A DNA stretch of 55,391 nt, filler included, from Basidioascus undulatus (lineage: Eukaryota), in assembly GCA_000826855.1 (NCBI GenBank). It is 4 parts of 4 records of this genome, joined end to end, with 100 filler letters (N's around TTAATTAATTAA, not from the genome) between each part and the next. Parts side by side here need not be neighbours in the genome. Positions count along the whole stretch, not along the records: positions 13,904 to 27,690 come from JTLS01000787.1; 3 more parts are not named here. One strand, written 5' to 3'. Shown here piece by piece: positions 14,735 through 26,900 of the stretch. A program made the translations under genes and the position numbers. Below the pieces are notes generated by a model. That model was not told the DNA's origin, searched no databases, and worked only from the letters and a program-made list of their open reading frames with translations. The first letter of the stretch is position 1. Each line of letters opens with the position of its first letter.

Positions 14735-16454
14735 ATGTCTGCTGAGAACCCCACCATCGTCGGCTCTACCTCGGGCTCTGGCACCCCCGCCGTCTCCCGC
14801 ACCAACGGCGGTGGCCGCGACGGCAACCTCGGCACTTTCGGTGTCAAGACTGGTGAGCCGGCGACTTTATACGGTATTGGGGAACCAGTATACTGAAGTG
14901 TGGTTTCCATAGGCCTTGCGCAGATGCTCAAGGTGTGTGGTTGTGGCGGGGTTGCTCCTGATAAGAAGACTGATCCAGGGCTTCTCGCGTTGTGGACGCC
15001 TTAGGGCGGTGTGATTGTACGTCCTGATTCCTGTCTCATCAATCTGGAATGATGGTTTGACATGGTTCCATCTTCAGATGGACGTGTATGTACACCCTCA
15101 TCGTCACTTCCCTTCTTCATAGCTAAAGTCGCCGCCCTCACTCCAGCGTCAACGCCGAGCAGGCTCGCATCGCTGAGGAGGCCGGTGCCTGCGCCGTCAT
15201 GGCGCTCGAGCGTGTGCCCGCCGACATCCGTGTCGAGGGCGGTGTTTCCCGCATGTCGGACCCCAAGATGATCAAGGAGATCATTGCGGCCGTGACCAGT
15301 ACGTCTCATCGTCTTCCTTCCTAGGTGCGTGAGACGGAAGGGGCAAGGGGCTGATCGAGAGCTCGCTTCCGATAGTCCCCGTCATGGCAAAGGTCCGCAT
15401 TGGCCACTTTGTCGAGGCGCAGATCCTCCAGGAGGTCGGCGTCGATTACATCGACGAGTCCGAGGTCCTCACTCCTGCGGACGAGCAGCACCACAGTGCG
15501 TTCTATGTCCATGAGATGCTGCCAGCGTTCAGCAGCTCATCCTGTATCGCGTTCCAGTCAACAAGCAGATCTTCAAGGTCCCCTTCGTCTGCGGCTGCAA
15601 GAACCTGGGTGAGGCGCTCCGGCGCATCTCGGAGGGTGCGGCCATGATCCGCACCAAGGGCGAGGCTGGCACTGGCAATGTTGTCGAGGTGCGTTCTGCT
15701 TCCCTCACTTCCTCTTCTTGAAATACGCACTTGACTCACCGTCCTCTCGCTCTACAGGCTGTCCGCCACCAGCGCCAGGTCCAGGCCGACATCCGCCGTG
15801 CCGCCTCCATGTCCGACGAGGAGCTGTACGCCTTCGCCAAGGACCTGCAGGCGCCTTACCACCTCCTCAAGGAGACTGCTCGTCTGAAGCGCCTGCCTGT
15901 CGTTTCTTTCGCTGTAAGCATTCCCTGCATTTCGCTGGCGTCTGAATTCATCTAACATGCCTCGTCTCTTTCTCAGGCTGGTCAGTCGACGTCCGCATTC
16001 CTGCATTCATGATTCTTCCCATGCTTACCTCACTCCGTACTTACAGGCGGTGTTGCGACCCCCGCGGACGCGGCGTTGATGATGCAGCTCGGCTGCGACG
16101 GTGTCTTCGTCGGCTCTGGCATCTTCAAGGTGCGCTCGCAGGCCACTCATCGCTCGAGCCACACTCCTCCGCTCACCTTTGTCCCATTTTGCGCTACAAC
16201 AGTCCGGCGACCCCCTGAAGCGCGCGCGCGCGATCGTCCAGGCCGTTACGCACTACCAGAACCCCAAGGTTCTCGCGGAGATCTCGGAGGACCTTGGCGA
16301 GGTGCGTTTTGCGATTTCGCACCCATCAGCTTGCTGGGTCGTGCAGAAGCCACACCGCTAACTCGAGACGAATGGATGCTTGGGATAGGCTATGGTCGGC
16401 CTGAACGTCGACAAGAACCTGAAGGGCGGCCAGTTCGCTCAGCGCGGGTGGTAG
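14735..16454 (+). CDS. SNZ1: Pyridoxal 5'-phosphate synthase subunit (SNZ1/PDX1), with several micro-exons
   Basis: [134 protein letters not shown] (TAG 16452-16454). Confidence 0.97.
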
Positions 16455-16728
16455 ATCGGCATCGGGCGTAGAAGACAGCGGGAGGGTGGGGAGATCTGGA
16501 CGAGGGCTTGATTCGCTTTTATGTTTTCATTTTGGCATTGATTCTAAATCTTGACTCGAGACCAGATTGACGGCAGCGGACTGTGGCGTTCGGGTGCAAG
16601 GCTCGCGGTACAAACATCCGTCTGCGAGGTTGCACGCCGAATGTTGTCTAGCGATGTTGCATGTTTTCAATGGGTATCGCAGAGAAGGCCAGTGGAACAG
16701 GAAGGGACAACTGCCGCGCGCTTCAGAT

Positions 16729-18214
16729 TCAAGCAGCGCTGCCCTCCAACGCCCTCCAGAACGCACTGCTTTCCCTCCCCTCCTTAACCCCAACGATCTC
16801 CCACTCGTCCCTGCCCTCACCCTTCGCACCAACAAACGCCTCAGCCCGCCTGATTCCCGCCTTCTTCTCGTCTGCGCTCGCCTGCGAGCCGATCCACACC
16901 CAGACTGCACGCGACAACGGCGAGTCCAGGATGAACACGTCGGACGCTTGAAGGGAGGAACGAGCCGCAGGTACGGGGGCGAATAGGATGTTGGAGGACA
17001 CAGCGGGGACTGTGAGGCGGTAGAGCGCGCTCGGGGCGGACGGAGTTTCGGCGCGGGGAGCGGTGCGCGGAGCAACGGTTGAGGGCTGGATTGAGGAAGG
17101 TGAGCCGGCAAGCGCCCTGTAGAACTTGCCCGAGCCTGAGCCTTCGTCTGCAGAAGGAGCGAATTCAGTTAAGTTCTGTAACACGAAGTAAAGTGACGCG
17201 CGAACCGAGAACCTCGACCTTCCCCACCCCGCCCTTACGAGCAACGATCTCCCCCGCAATCTCCCCAGCCTTCACGCGCTCCTTCCCGGTGCTTTCGCGT
17301 CCGCACCACACCCAGGCGCCCTGGCCGTCGTCACCCTCGGTCCCGCGGTCCAGGACGAACGCATCGCCCGAGTTCAGGCTCGCGCAGTCGAGGGGGACTT
17401 CCCAGACTGCCAGTGCGCCGGCGGTGGAGGACCGCACGTGGAAGAGCCGCGCCGGCTGCGGCGGCGGGGAGGTCGGGTGCGTGAAGCCGGAGGGCGCTCC
17501 GCCGAGCAGGTAGATTGGTGCGTTCGGGAACAGGGAAAGGAAGGATCGCGATTCGTGCGATTGGAGCTGGCGGTGCTGGACTGGGAGACCGTGCAGATCT
17601 GGAGGGCATCGCGATAATGTTAGTAGGTCAGAGTGTACTTGCAGACTGAGGGGCTTGAAAGGCATACAGTCGTCCAGCTCAACTGTGAATTAGAAGGGAT
17701 TTAGCGAACCCAAGGAGACCTTTGTGAATGCAAATTCAACATACCGGTCTTGTACGCAGCGACACCCCGCTCATCCTGCGTCGAGAGGCTTCCCAGCCAC
17801 AAGTGAAGGTCATAGAGGAGCTTGTCGCTGCCGGCTTCCTTATAAGTCTGCAGAAGAAATCTCTGCCTCTTCAGATACGTCTTTTGTAGACATGAAGGGC
17901 TCTACTCACATGAAGGACGAGGTAGCTGTCGCCTTCGAACCATTTCCCGTACTCGCGCTCGGGCCACGGCTCAACCTCGAAGTCTACGATCCTCCAAACC
18001 TGTACACCGGGTTTGGTCCCTCCGCCCTTCCAGGCAGACTCGGTGTGCGCTGCTGCGAGACGAGATTGAATCTCGGCCTAAGGCAAAAAAAAAATGGGTA
18101 AGCAAGAACGCTACGCTGTAGAGATGTGAGGATGTGAGAACGTACGCTGGACCCGAGGAGGGCGATGTTAGTTGCCTCGATGGGCAGTTGGGACTGGTGA
18201 ACTAGGCCTGACAT
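16729..18214 (-). CDS. Three-domain gelsolin/severin/fragmin-like actin-severing protein
   Basis: IEATNIALLGSS|AEI...AWKGGGTKPGVQVWRIVDFEVEPWPEREYGKWFEGDSYLVLH|TYK...YDLHLWLGSLSTQDERGVAAYKT|VELDD|YLHGLPVQHRQ...SLNSGDAFVLD...WVWCG...SDVFILD...VWVWIGSQAS...KEGRESSAFWRAL. Confidence 0.92.
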
Positions 18215-18633
18215 TTATGATGGGTTTATCAAAGTGTGGTTACGGTAGGGTGGACGGACCGCGGTGAAGGTCGAAGGGGGAAAGGGGGAAAAGTCGATGT
18301 CGTGGCACTGCGCTGCGCAGCTCAGGTGATGCAAGAGAGCTGGTCTGTGCCAAATAATGCGTCTGTGGGCAGGGAGCTTCCATCATGCCTTCCTAGTGCT
18401 GATGAAAAAGTGCATATGTACAAACAGTAGACATTGTGTTTGCTGGGCAGGGTAGTAGGATCGATGCGACTGCAACAGCCCAGTGGACGGGAAGGGATAC
18501 CACAAGTTCTTGTGCAAACCAACCGTTCCCTGTCTTCTATCTATCGATGATCAGAGGTTTCAATGAATGTTTCCATTTGACTTAATTTTTTCACTTCCAC
18601 CGAGGCTGCGCTCCCGGAGGCAGTCAACGGTGA

Positions 18634-18672
18634 GTGACCGCATCGTAAAGTTGGCGGAAGGGTGACCGCATC
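18634..18672 (+). promoter_or_regulatory. 11-bp direct repeat GTGACCGCATC x2 in the divergent gelsolin/6PGDH-like intergenic region
   Basis: Exact copies at 18634-18644 and 18662-18672, about 110-150 nt upstream of the ATG at 18783. A regulatory role is inferred only. Confidence 0.35.
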
Positions 18673-18782
18673 CGTTTGAGTTGCTGCGAGAGCCTGCCTG
18701 CGCTCTACAACATCAACAGCCAGCGTCGTGTTCGCTACACCAAAAGATCCCAGTCAATCTACTCTGAATATTCCCCTCGAAG

Positions 18783-20944
18783 ATGTCTACCGCCGCGCAG
18801 GGTCAAGCGGATGTCGGGGTTGTGGGACTGGGCAGTATGGGCGGTGCGTCGTTTTATCAAGTCTGGACTGCGAAGTACGAAAGAAACGGGTGCTCATTTT
18901 GGGGAAACCTCAACAGGTTGCATGAGCCTCCTGTTCGCAGAGCACGGAAGCCATGTCGTTGGAGTCGACGTTGACCCTCGCCGGCTCAATAAAATCAAGA
19001 AGACGGCGGAGGAGCTCAAGCTGCCCATTCAGGCGTACGACTCGCTCGAGCCGTTCGCGGCGGCTTTCAAAGCCGGCCGGCCGCGTACCATTATCCTCTC
19101 TCTTCCGCACGACGGGCCCATCGACGCCGTTCTCAAGACACTCCTCCCCGTGCTCGACCGCGACGACATCGTCATCGACGGCGCGAACGAGTGGTACGAG
19201 GAGACCGAGCGCCGCCAGAAGTGGTGCATGAAGGAGAAGGGGGTCCTCCTCATCGGCATGGGCGTCAGCGGCGGCTACCAGTCCGCCCGTCGCGGGCCTA
19301 GCATGAGCCCGGGCGGGCCCCGCGACGCATACATGGTCGTCGAGCCGATGCTCAAGAAGTGGGCAGCCAAGGATCGCCACGGCAACCCCTGCGTTGCATA
19401 CATCGGCCCCGGAGGTGAGTCGAGCTTTTTTGGTGAAGACAGAGAATGTCGCATGAAGAAATGCTTCACAGGATCTGGCCACTATGTCAAGACCATCCAC
19501 AATGGTATCGAGCAGGTGCGTCATCCTATTCCAGTCCATGACCTTTCACTAACATTTCAACTGGGTTAGGGAATCATGGGCGTCCTCGCCGAGGCGTATG
19601 ACTTGCTACGCCACACCCTCGGGTTCAAGAACGACGAGGTCGGCGACATCTTCGCCGGCTGGAACGCGAAAGGCGAGCTTCGCGGCAACTTCCTCGTCAA
19701 GCTCGGTTCGGAGATTGTTAAGTTCAAGAAGGGGGATGGGCACGAGAACCCCGAGGGTATCATCGACGACATCGACGACAAGGTTCGTCTCAAACATCAC
19801 CTCCGAAGCTCCATTCTAGCTAGACTAAGACTACCGTACTTCTCGCTGCAAAGGTTGTGCAAGACGTCGATGAGGAGGAGGGCACTGGCGTCTGGACTTT
19901 CCGCGTGCGTGCAGTCGTCTAATAACCGTGAAACAACCTATCAGCGTAACCTCACAGCGGCTTTGCAGGAAATCGCCTACCGCCACGTCGCCGGAAACAC
20001 CATCACCGGGTCGCATCAGATGCGCATCATCTCCGCGAACAAGGGCGAGCGTCGCAAGGTGGCAGCGAACCTCAGCCTGCCCCCTCGCTCGAAGGCCCCG
20101 TCGGGATTCGACCGGATCAAGTTTGTCGAGACGCTGCGGCTGGCGGTGTACGGGGGAACTCTCGCTTCGTTCATCCAGGGCATGGGTGTACGTACATCTC
20201 AACTCGCCTTGGGATATTCAGCCCCGTTGCTGACCAGAATCTTCAGATCATCGCCCGCGCCTCTGCGCAGCAGAAGTGGGACGTCTCCCTCGCGACATGC
20301 CTCAACATCTGGCGTGCGGGTTGCATCATCCAGAGCGACTACATCGCGGACTTGCTGATGCCCATCGTCGAGAAGGACCCAGGCTGCAATAACCTCTTGC
20401 TCGCGCCCGATGTCGCGAGGGAGCTGAGCAAAACGTTCGAGTCGCTCGAGCAAGTGGTCAGGCTTGCATTGGACAGGCGAGCGATCATTCCCTCTATCTC
20501 GAGCACCCTGGAGTACGTCAAGCAAGTGGGCTCGACCGAACTTCCAACGAGTGCGCACCGTCTTATCCTTTTGCTTCTGCCCTTGGACTCAAGCTGACCT
20601 GGATCACAATTTTTCAGACTTGTACGTTCGGCGTTCACAGTCCTTTCATGTGCGCGGACTGACCAAACGCTTCGTTATGCTTGTAGTATGGAAGCCCAGC
20701 TCGACGCTGTAAGCACTTACTCTTCAAAGCTGACAGATGGCTCACATGGCTCACATACACCGCAACGCACGCGTATCTTCAGTTCGGGTAAGCAGGTTCT
20801 CTCCAGATTCCTTCCAGCTCTTCACGTTCACACCCTTGCCCGGGAAACTTCGAAACACAAAGAGAGCACATGTACGACCTGAAGGCCGAGAAGCGTCCGG
20901 ATCCGGTCAAAGGCCTGTACCATACCGAGTGGCGGCCGGCTTGA
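18783..20944 (+). CDS. 6-phosphogluconate dehydrogenase-family protein, divergent paralog
   Basis: VGVVGLGSMGG Rossmann motif, DIVIDGAN, GMGVSGG..ARRGPSMSPGG, GSGHYVKTIHNGIEQG, EGTGVWT, IWRAGCIIQS, LPTNFMEAQLDAFGEHMYD...YHTEWRPA* (TGA 20942-20944). Confidence 0.92.
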
Positions 20945-22066
20945 GAGTGACGAGAGGTAGACCTGGGGAAAGGATGGGGTTGCTGTGGTGGGTGAAAAAA
21001 ACGAAGTCGTGCTGGGGGAAGAAGGGTTTCGGCGGGAGCTCTCTTGATGTTGCGCGAATAAAGTTATATTCATTTCTGCCGGATGGTTTGTATGTGCCCC
21101 TGTTGCTGCAATGGTACTTTCGACTGATTGCCTTACAGAAAAAGTCAGCGAGAGAATGATTCCAGACCATCGTCTGGCATTGCCTTTCAGACCCTCTGAT
21201 TATTCTGAGTACACCCAGCGATTTTGTGACGTCCACTGTTCACTGAAGAGCAGGGTGTTTCGCTAGTTAACCCGTAGCACGGCGTGAGGAGCTTGAATAC
21301 GCTCCGTGTAAGTCTGAAAGCAGGAACTACGTTCATATTCCGCTTTCCACTTCACAACTGACTTTGCAGTGAACATTTTTGATTTACAGCTATTTTTAGG
21401 ATGTATAATCTAAGGGTGTCCAACCGGGTGTCGGCCTCAGGTAATGCTACGGACGGGGAAACGTGCTCGGAAACAAGGCCCTCGGACTGTGTGAGCGCTC
21501 GTCACTTCAACGAGGTTACAAGGGCACTCAGTATCAAGCTAGCTCAACATATCCCACAATTTTTTTTTGAAACTGCAACTCTGACCTTCCCGAAATGGGC
21601 GTCTTCTGGATGAGGAGCGTAAGGTCGGAGTGGCCGCTGCACTGCGCATCCCATTTTCTCCAACTTGCTGAGCAGAACCGCAGTCACACGCCCCTACAAG
21701 CTCCCTAGAATTGTTGCTTCGAAAGCGGGGGACAGCTTCTAAAGTTGAACCTGCCAATGAAAGGGCTACTGCCTTTCGTTCTGACGCGCCCATACAATAC
21801 TAGGACTGGTTGGAAGCCGCAGGTTGGTCCATAACAGAGAGAGACTGGGAGACGTGACAGGACTCTGAAGTGAACCTCTCAATCATTCAGAAAACCGGTA
21901 GAGCGCCAGAGCACCGTGGACGGCGGCGAGAGCGGCGGCGCAGATCCTGGGTCCGCTGGCCAAAATTGCACCTTGATCTTTCGCCGTCATCACCGCCTCT
22001 TATCACTCGTCTTTCCCCATAGCATCGAAGCCATTTTACAAATACCTCTGCGGTCCTGTTTTCATT

Positions 22067-23430
22067 ATGGCGGCTGCTATTACTTTCCGACCCTCCCCGC
22101 TCCTTGCGCTCCCGCTCGAGCTCGTGGAGCACATCTTCTCTGAGCTGCCTGACCTTTCGTCCAAGCTCAGCCTGACACATACCTGCTCTTAAGTTTCGCC
22201 GCTCGTTTTCGGACCCCTCGTACTGGGCTGCGACCTGCTTCGCGGCCGGCATCGGATGCCCGAAGACGCCTGCTTGGGCTACGCCGCGTGAGTCCGAGGC
22301 GCTCCGGAGCTGGCTTGCGCGCGCAGGAGTGGAGAAACTCGACGGGCTGGGGCTTATGGGACGGAATGAGCGACTGTCCTGGTTGGAATGTGCGAAGGCG
22401 TTGGGAGCTGACGGGAGTGCGAGGTCTGCGACAGGTGGTCGAGGGTGTGGCCGCCTTTGGCAGACGTGGACGGAGACGTCGGTGCGTCAGTGCACCATAC
22501 TCTCTCATGCAGCTTGACGAGGTATTGAAGCTGAATTCACTCTTCAGGCGGCGATGCCGTTTGACCCTCTGGCCCCATCCCGCTCTCTCCCTCCGAGATC
22601 GCATCCCTGCCCGTTCCGCTCATCCTCCACCCCGCACTGCTCGACTGTCTCCGCCTCTCACTCTCGGGTCCTCTAGAGAACGCCCTTGCAGATAAGGCGG
22701 TTTCCAACGGACGCTGCGAGACGTGCGGTGAGCTGGTCGAGCTGACCGACGACAAGCCACGGCGCTTCAGCACCTGGCCGCCCACGCGCAACGCGCTGCT
22801 GTACCGGCACGAGAGCATCGCTCTCGCTCTCGCTACCTGGCCGCCCGTCAAGCGCCTGGGCGTCCGGGTAGTTGCAGATGAATCTGATGAAACTGTCTTC
22901 GTCGACGGAGACGAGGGCGGGGAGGTGCGCTGGGTGTGGAACGAGCGGGGGGTGACTGTGTCGGATGTGACGAAGGACATCACCGAATTGTACCTCCCCA
23001 CACTTCCCATAGCTTTACAGATAGGACAGACTCTATTGTAGCGCCTCTCAACGTCTATCGGTCGCGCAGCAGCAAGCGCGGGTACGGCCTGATTTACCAG
23101 AACGTCGCCCATCGCGCCTGCTGGGAACTCCCCGACGACGCTAGAGATTCCTAATACCATGAGTACGCCTTCATATTTGCCCTCATTTGATTAGAAGGTC
23201 TTGACGCAACTTGTATACGAAAAGGCTGTTTTTCGAGCCTGAGCTATCTGAGAACTACGATGCAGTCCTCAGCCAAGCCACACGCGGTGGGCGCTCTGTG
23301 CATGCCCCAGCGACGACTGGTATGTCCGTACTTCTTCCTACTGATCTTGCTCAGGTAAAAATACTGAGTGGAGCTCACAGCCCCGACGGCTTCTCCTACC
23401 GGACGAGGGCGAGGACTTACGTGCAGTGAC
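22067..23430 (+). pseudogene. F-box protein gene with early frameshift/stop
   Basis: MAAAITFRPSPLLALPLELVEHIFSELPDLSSKLSLTHTCS* (TAA 22190-22192). Removing one T gives ...TCSKFRRSFSDPSYWAATCFAAGIG.... Downstream coding-like segments (e.g. LALATWPPVKRLGV) are fragmented. 3' end approximate. Confidence 0.7.
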
Positions 23431-23929
23431 TGACCTGCGAGTTCAGGGACAATCACTAACCGTGGTCAGGGTCATACATGCCGAGATGCGTGTCTTAATA
23501 TTCCCTTGCTTGTAAATTATTGCAGACGTGCTCGTTCACTGCATATCTGAGGGGCGGTCGCTGGAGGCATCCGGCACATTGGTTCGAAATTAAAGGACGA
23601 CACAGCGGAAACCGAGATGAAACGCCCCGAAGTTACGTCATTTTGCGAACCAACTGAAGCCAGACCGCTCAAGGACCGCTCGAAGGGGCAGGGTCGATCT
23701 TCGAGCTTGCTCTCCCATCTTTCCCTCTCGTCCAACGCTCTTGTTGTACACAGCACATACTCATATTTACGAATAATCAGGCGCCTTGTGCACAGTAATT
23801 CCTGATCAGAAATTACAGAGCTGCATACGACCTGTGAGCTCTACATTAGCGTACGCGCCTTGTCCTCGCACTCACACACTACCTACAGAACCACATCTTT
23901 CACAGGCTTTGTGCGCGCCTGAAGCTCCC

Positions 23930-26900
23930 ATGTACACGCCCCTCCTGCGACGCGGCGCGCTACTGCAGGGAAATGCAGCAGCATCAAGGCTAGCTCTCCG
24001 CCCTCTTCCTCCGCCGCCCCGGCGGGCTCTCACAGCCGCGGCCGGCGCTCCACCTGACGCTGCGGAGCCTGCAGACCCGGCTGTGTCTGCCCAGGAGCCT
24101 CAGGTGGGTACAGGTGATGGCAAGATCTGAGCTGGATCAGCAAGGGCATGTGTACGTAGGCGCTGTTCTGATAGGCCATGGGCGCGGGGGAGCAGGCGAG
24201 TCCGCTGGGTGGGGAAGGGGTGTTCGATAAGGAGGTGCTGGTTTTCCTGGAATCTGTGCGTACTCTTTCCTCAATATATCCTCAAACTTGATTATGAGCT
24301 CAATTTAGTTGATGTGGAACGGTACAGATCTTCCCCATCCGCCTAGGGACCTTTGACCCGCGACATCTCATCGCTTCCCTCCGCCAAGACGCCGTCCTCT
24401 CATCGATCAGATCTCGTCTGGCCTCAGCGTCCGACGGGTCCTGGGTCGTCCGCTCGGTCGAGCCACGCATGAAGGACGGCGGCGCGTTTGTGCGCATCGC
24501 GTACCGTTCTAGCCCTGGCGCGGCGGAGGGTCAAGCGGAAGGGGAGGAGGCGCGCGTGGAGAAGGTCGTCAAGGCCGCGGTGGAGAAGGACTCGGGGAAA
24601 TTGACGTGGAGCGGGGTGGGGGCGGCCAAGGCGTTCTTGGTGAAGGGGAAGCCGTGGATGGAGGTGCGTGGATTGGTGTGAGTAATGGATCCTTGCGCTG
24701 GGGCTGATATGGAAATGGGTTGGCACAGGACCTGTACCGCTTCCCTTCGCCCCGGATACGAGTCGAGTTCGACGGCCCGGACGTGCCTCAACAACCCCTC
24801 TACTCCCTGTTCCGAGTTCCGTCCTTCCCCTCTCTCCATGCCTTTCCACATCCTCACGCTCATCTACCCTCCCTCGCCCGCAGCCATACGGCCACATCGC
24901 CGACCTGCACCCGCCCTCCCCCGTCTCGAAGGACCTCCCGCGTGCCACCACGGTCGCCTTCAACCGCCTGCGCTCCGCGACCGCCGCGCGCAACTGCCTC
25001 GACGGGCACGTTCTCCGTCTGCCAGACGGCGCCGGCCAGACGCGCCTGGGCGTCTTCTACGAGCGCCAGATCGCGCGACACGCAGTGCGCGACTGGCTCA
25101 CCTCCCACCCACGGCTCGTCCTCCCCGTCATCGTCTTCCTCCTCGGTAGCATCAGCTACGCGATCTTCAATCCCGTCCGGGAGTGGTTCGTCGAGAGCAA
25201 GCTGCTAGGGCGGTTCGATTTGGATAGTGCGTTTTTTGCTCGGGTGCGAATCCTTGTCGGGCCAAGGGGAAAGAGAAGGAGAAATGATGCTGATTGGAGG
25301 GGAGCGTTCAGAGAACTCTACAGTCAGCTGGCTCCGCACCCGCACGCTTTCGCTCTTCTCCTCGAAGGACGACGGTGATGCTGGAGAAATATGCAGCGGC
25401 GTCTGGCGCGACCGTAAGGAGGCAGTCGAGCAGGTGGAGGCGAGGCTGAAAGACTACCCTTGTGCGTTGGGATCATTTGGGTTACGAGCGCCTTGACTGA
25501 AAGGGATGCCCCAGCTACGTTCATCACGATCACCGGACCGCGGGGATCGGGCAAGTCGGCGCTGCTGCAGCGGGCCACGAGGGACCGGTGCGTGAAGATT
25601 ATGATGTGAGCGGAGAGAAAGCTGAGGCTAACGAGACCGTCATGATCAGGCGGACGCTCACGATCGATTGTGCGGAGGTGTGCAAGGCCTCTTCGGACGC
25701 CGGGCTCGTTTCTGCTTTGGCTGAGCAGACGGGGTACTGGTACGTGCTGCGGGATCCGTTCACGCCTTCGTCGACAAGTAGAATCCATGATGATGGTCGC
25801 TGAATCTTCGCCCGCTGTTCAGGCCCGTATTCGGCTTCCTCGCCTCCGCCTCAAACCTGCTGGACCTCGCTGCGGTCGGTGTGATGGGCCAAAAAGGCAG
25901 GCACTCTCCTTCTCAGCGCCTTTCCGCTTCGAAACCCAGCTGACCCCCGTTCTTCTCTGCGACAAACGCAGCCGGCTTTGCCACGCCCATCGAGGACCAG
26001 CTCAAGCAAGTCCTGGAAGTGACTGCGCACGCCCTGACGTCCGTTTCCTCCTCGACTCTTCACGACCGCGAGTGCGCCTTCTCCACCGCTGCGGCAGACG
26101 CGCAGGCCGAGCTGGACCGGGCGTCGTTCATCGAGCGCGCGCGCCGCAACGGCGTGTGGCACGACGGGCGGCTGGATTGCATTGCGGGCAACGGGATCAT
26201 GAGCGAGCTCGGGCTGGGGCTGGAGAGCGACGAGGAGGTCCGCAGCGGCCGCGCGAACGAGGACGACGTCCCCACCCAGGCGGACGCGGCTGTCGTGGGG
26301 GTCGTCGTCCCTACTGAGGCGGGGGCGGGAAAGGCCGAGGAGAAGAAGGAGAGGAGGACTTTCGATAAGGAGCGGGAGGCGGTCGAGGCACTGCCGGTTG
26401 TCGTGCGTCTTTTCTCTCCCTGCTTTCTTCATTTAGGCTGGAGCGGGACCGAGACGCTTATCACTGTGGGTACGCAATAGGTCATCAAGGGCTTTGAAGC
26501 CAAGGGCGCGAAGAAGGAGGTCCTGTTCAACGTCCTCGCCGAGTGGGCTGCGGGGCTTGTGTCCAACCGGGTACGTTGTGTGCGCGCCCTTCCTTCTTTC
26601 ATGGAGCTTGTCGAGACTGACCGTGATGGGGATTGTGCCAGGCCGCACATGTCATCATTGTATCGGACAACACTTCCGCCAACAAGCGTTTGGCTCGGGG
26701 TGCGTGACGAGTTTGTAGCCTCGGATGGGCGCTACTGCTGTGGCTGCCTGCGTTGCTAACATGGCTTGTCTGGGCCACAGCGCTGCCGAACAAGCCTCTC
26801 GCCGCGATCGGCCTCGCGGTACGTCTTCTGGCGCTCGATTTCTTACCTATTTCGGGGCCGAGCTGAGTCTCACACACACGATGCATAGGACGCCGATCGC

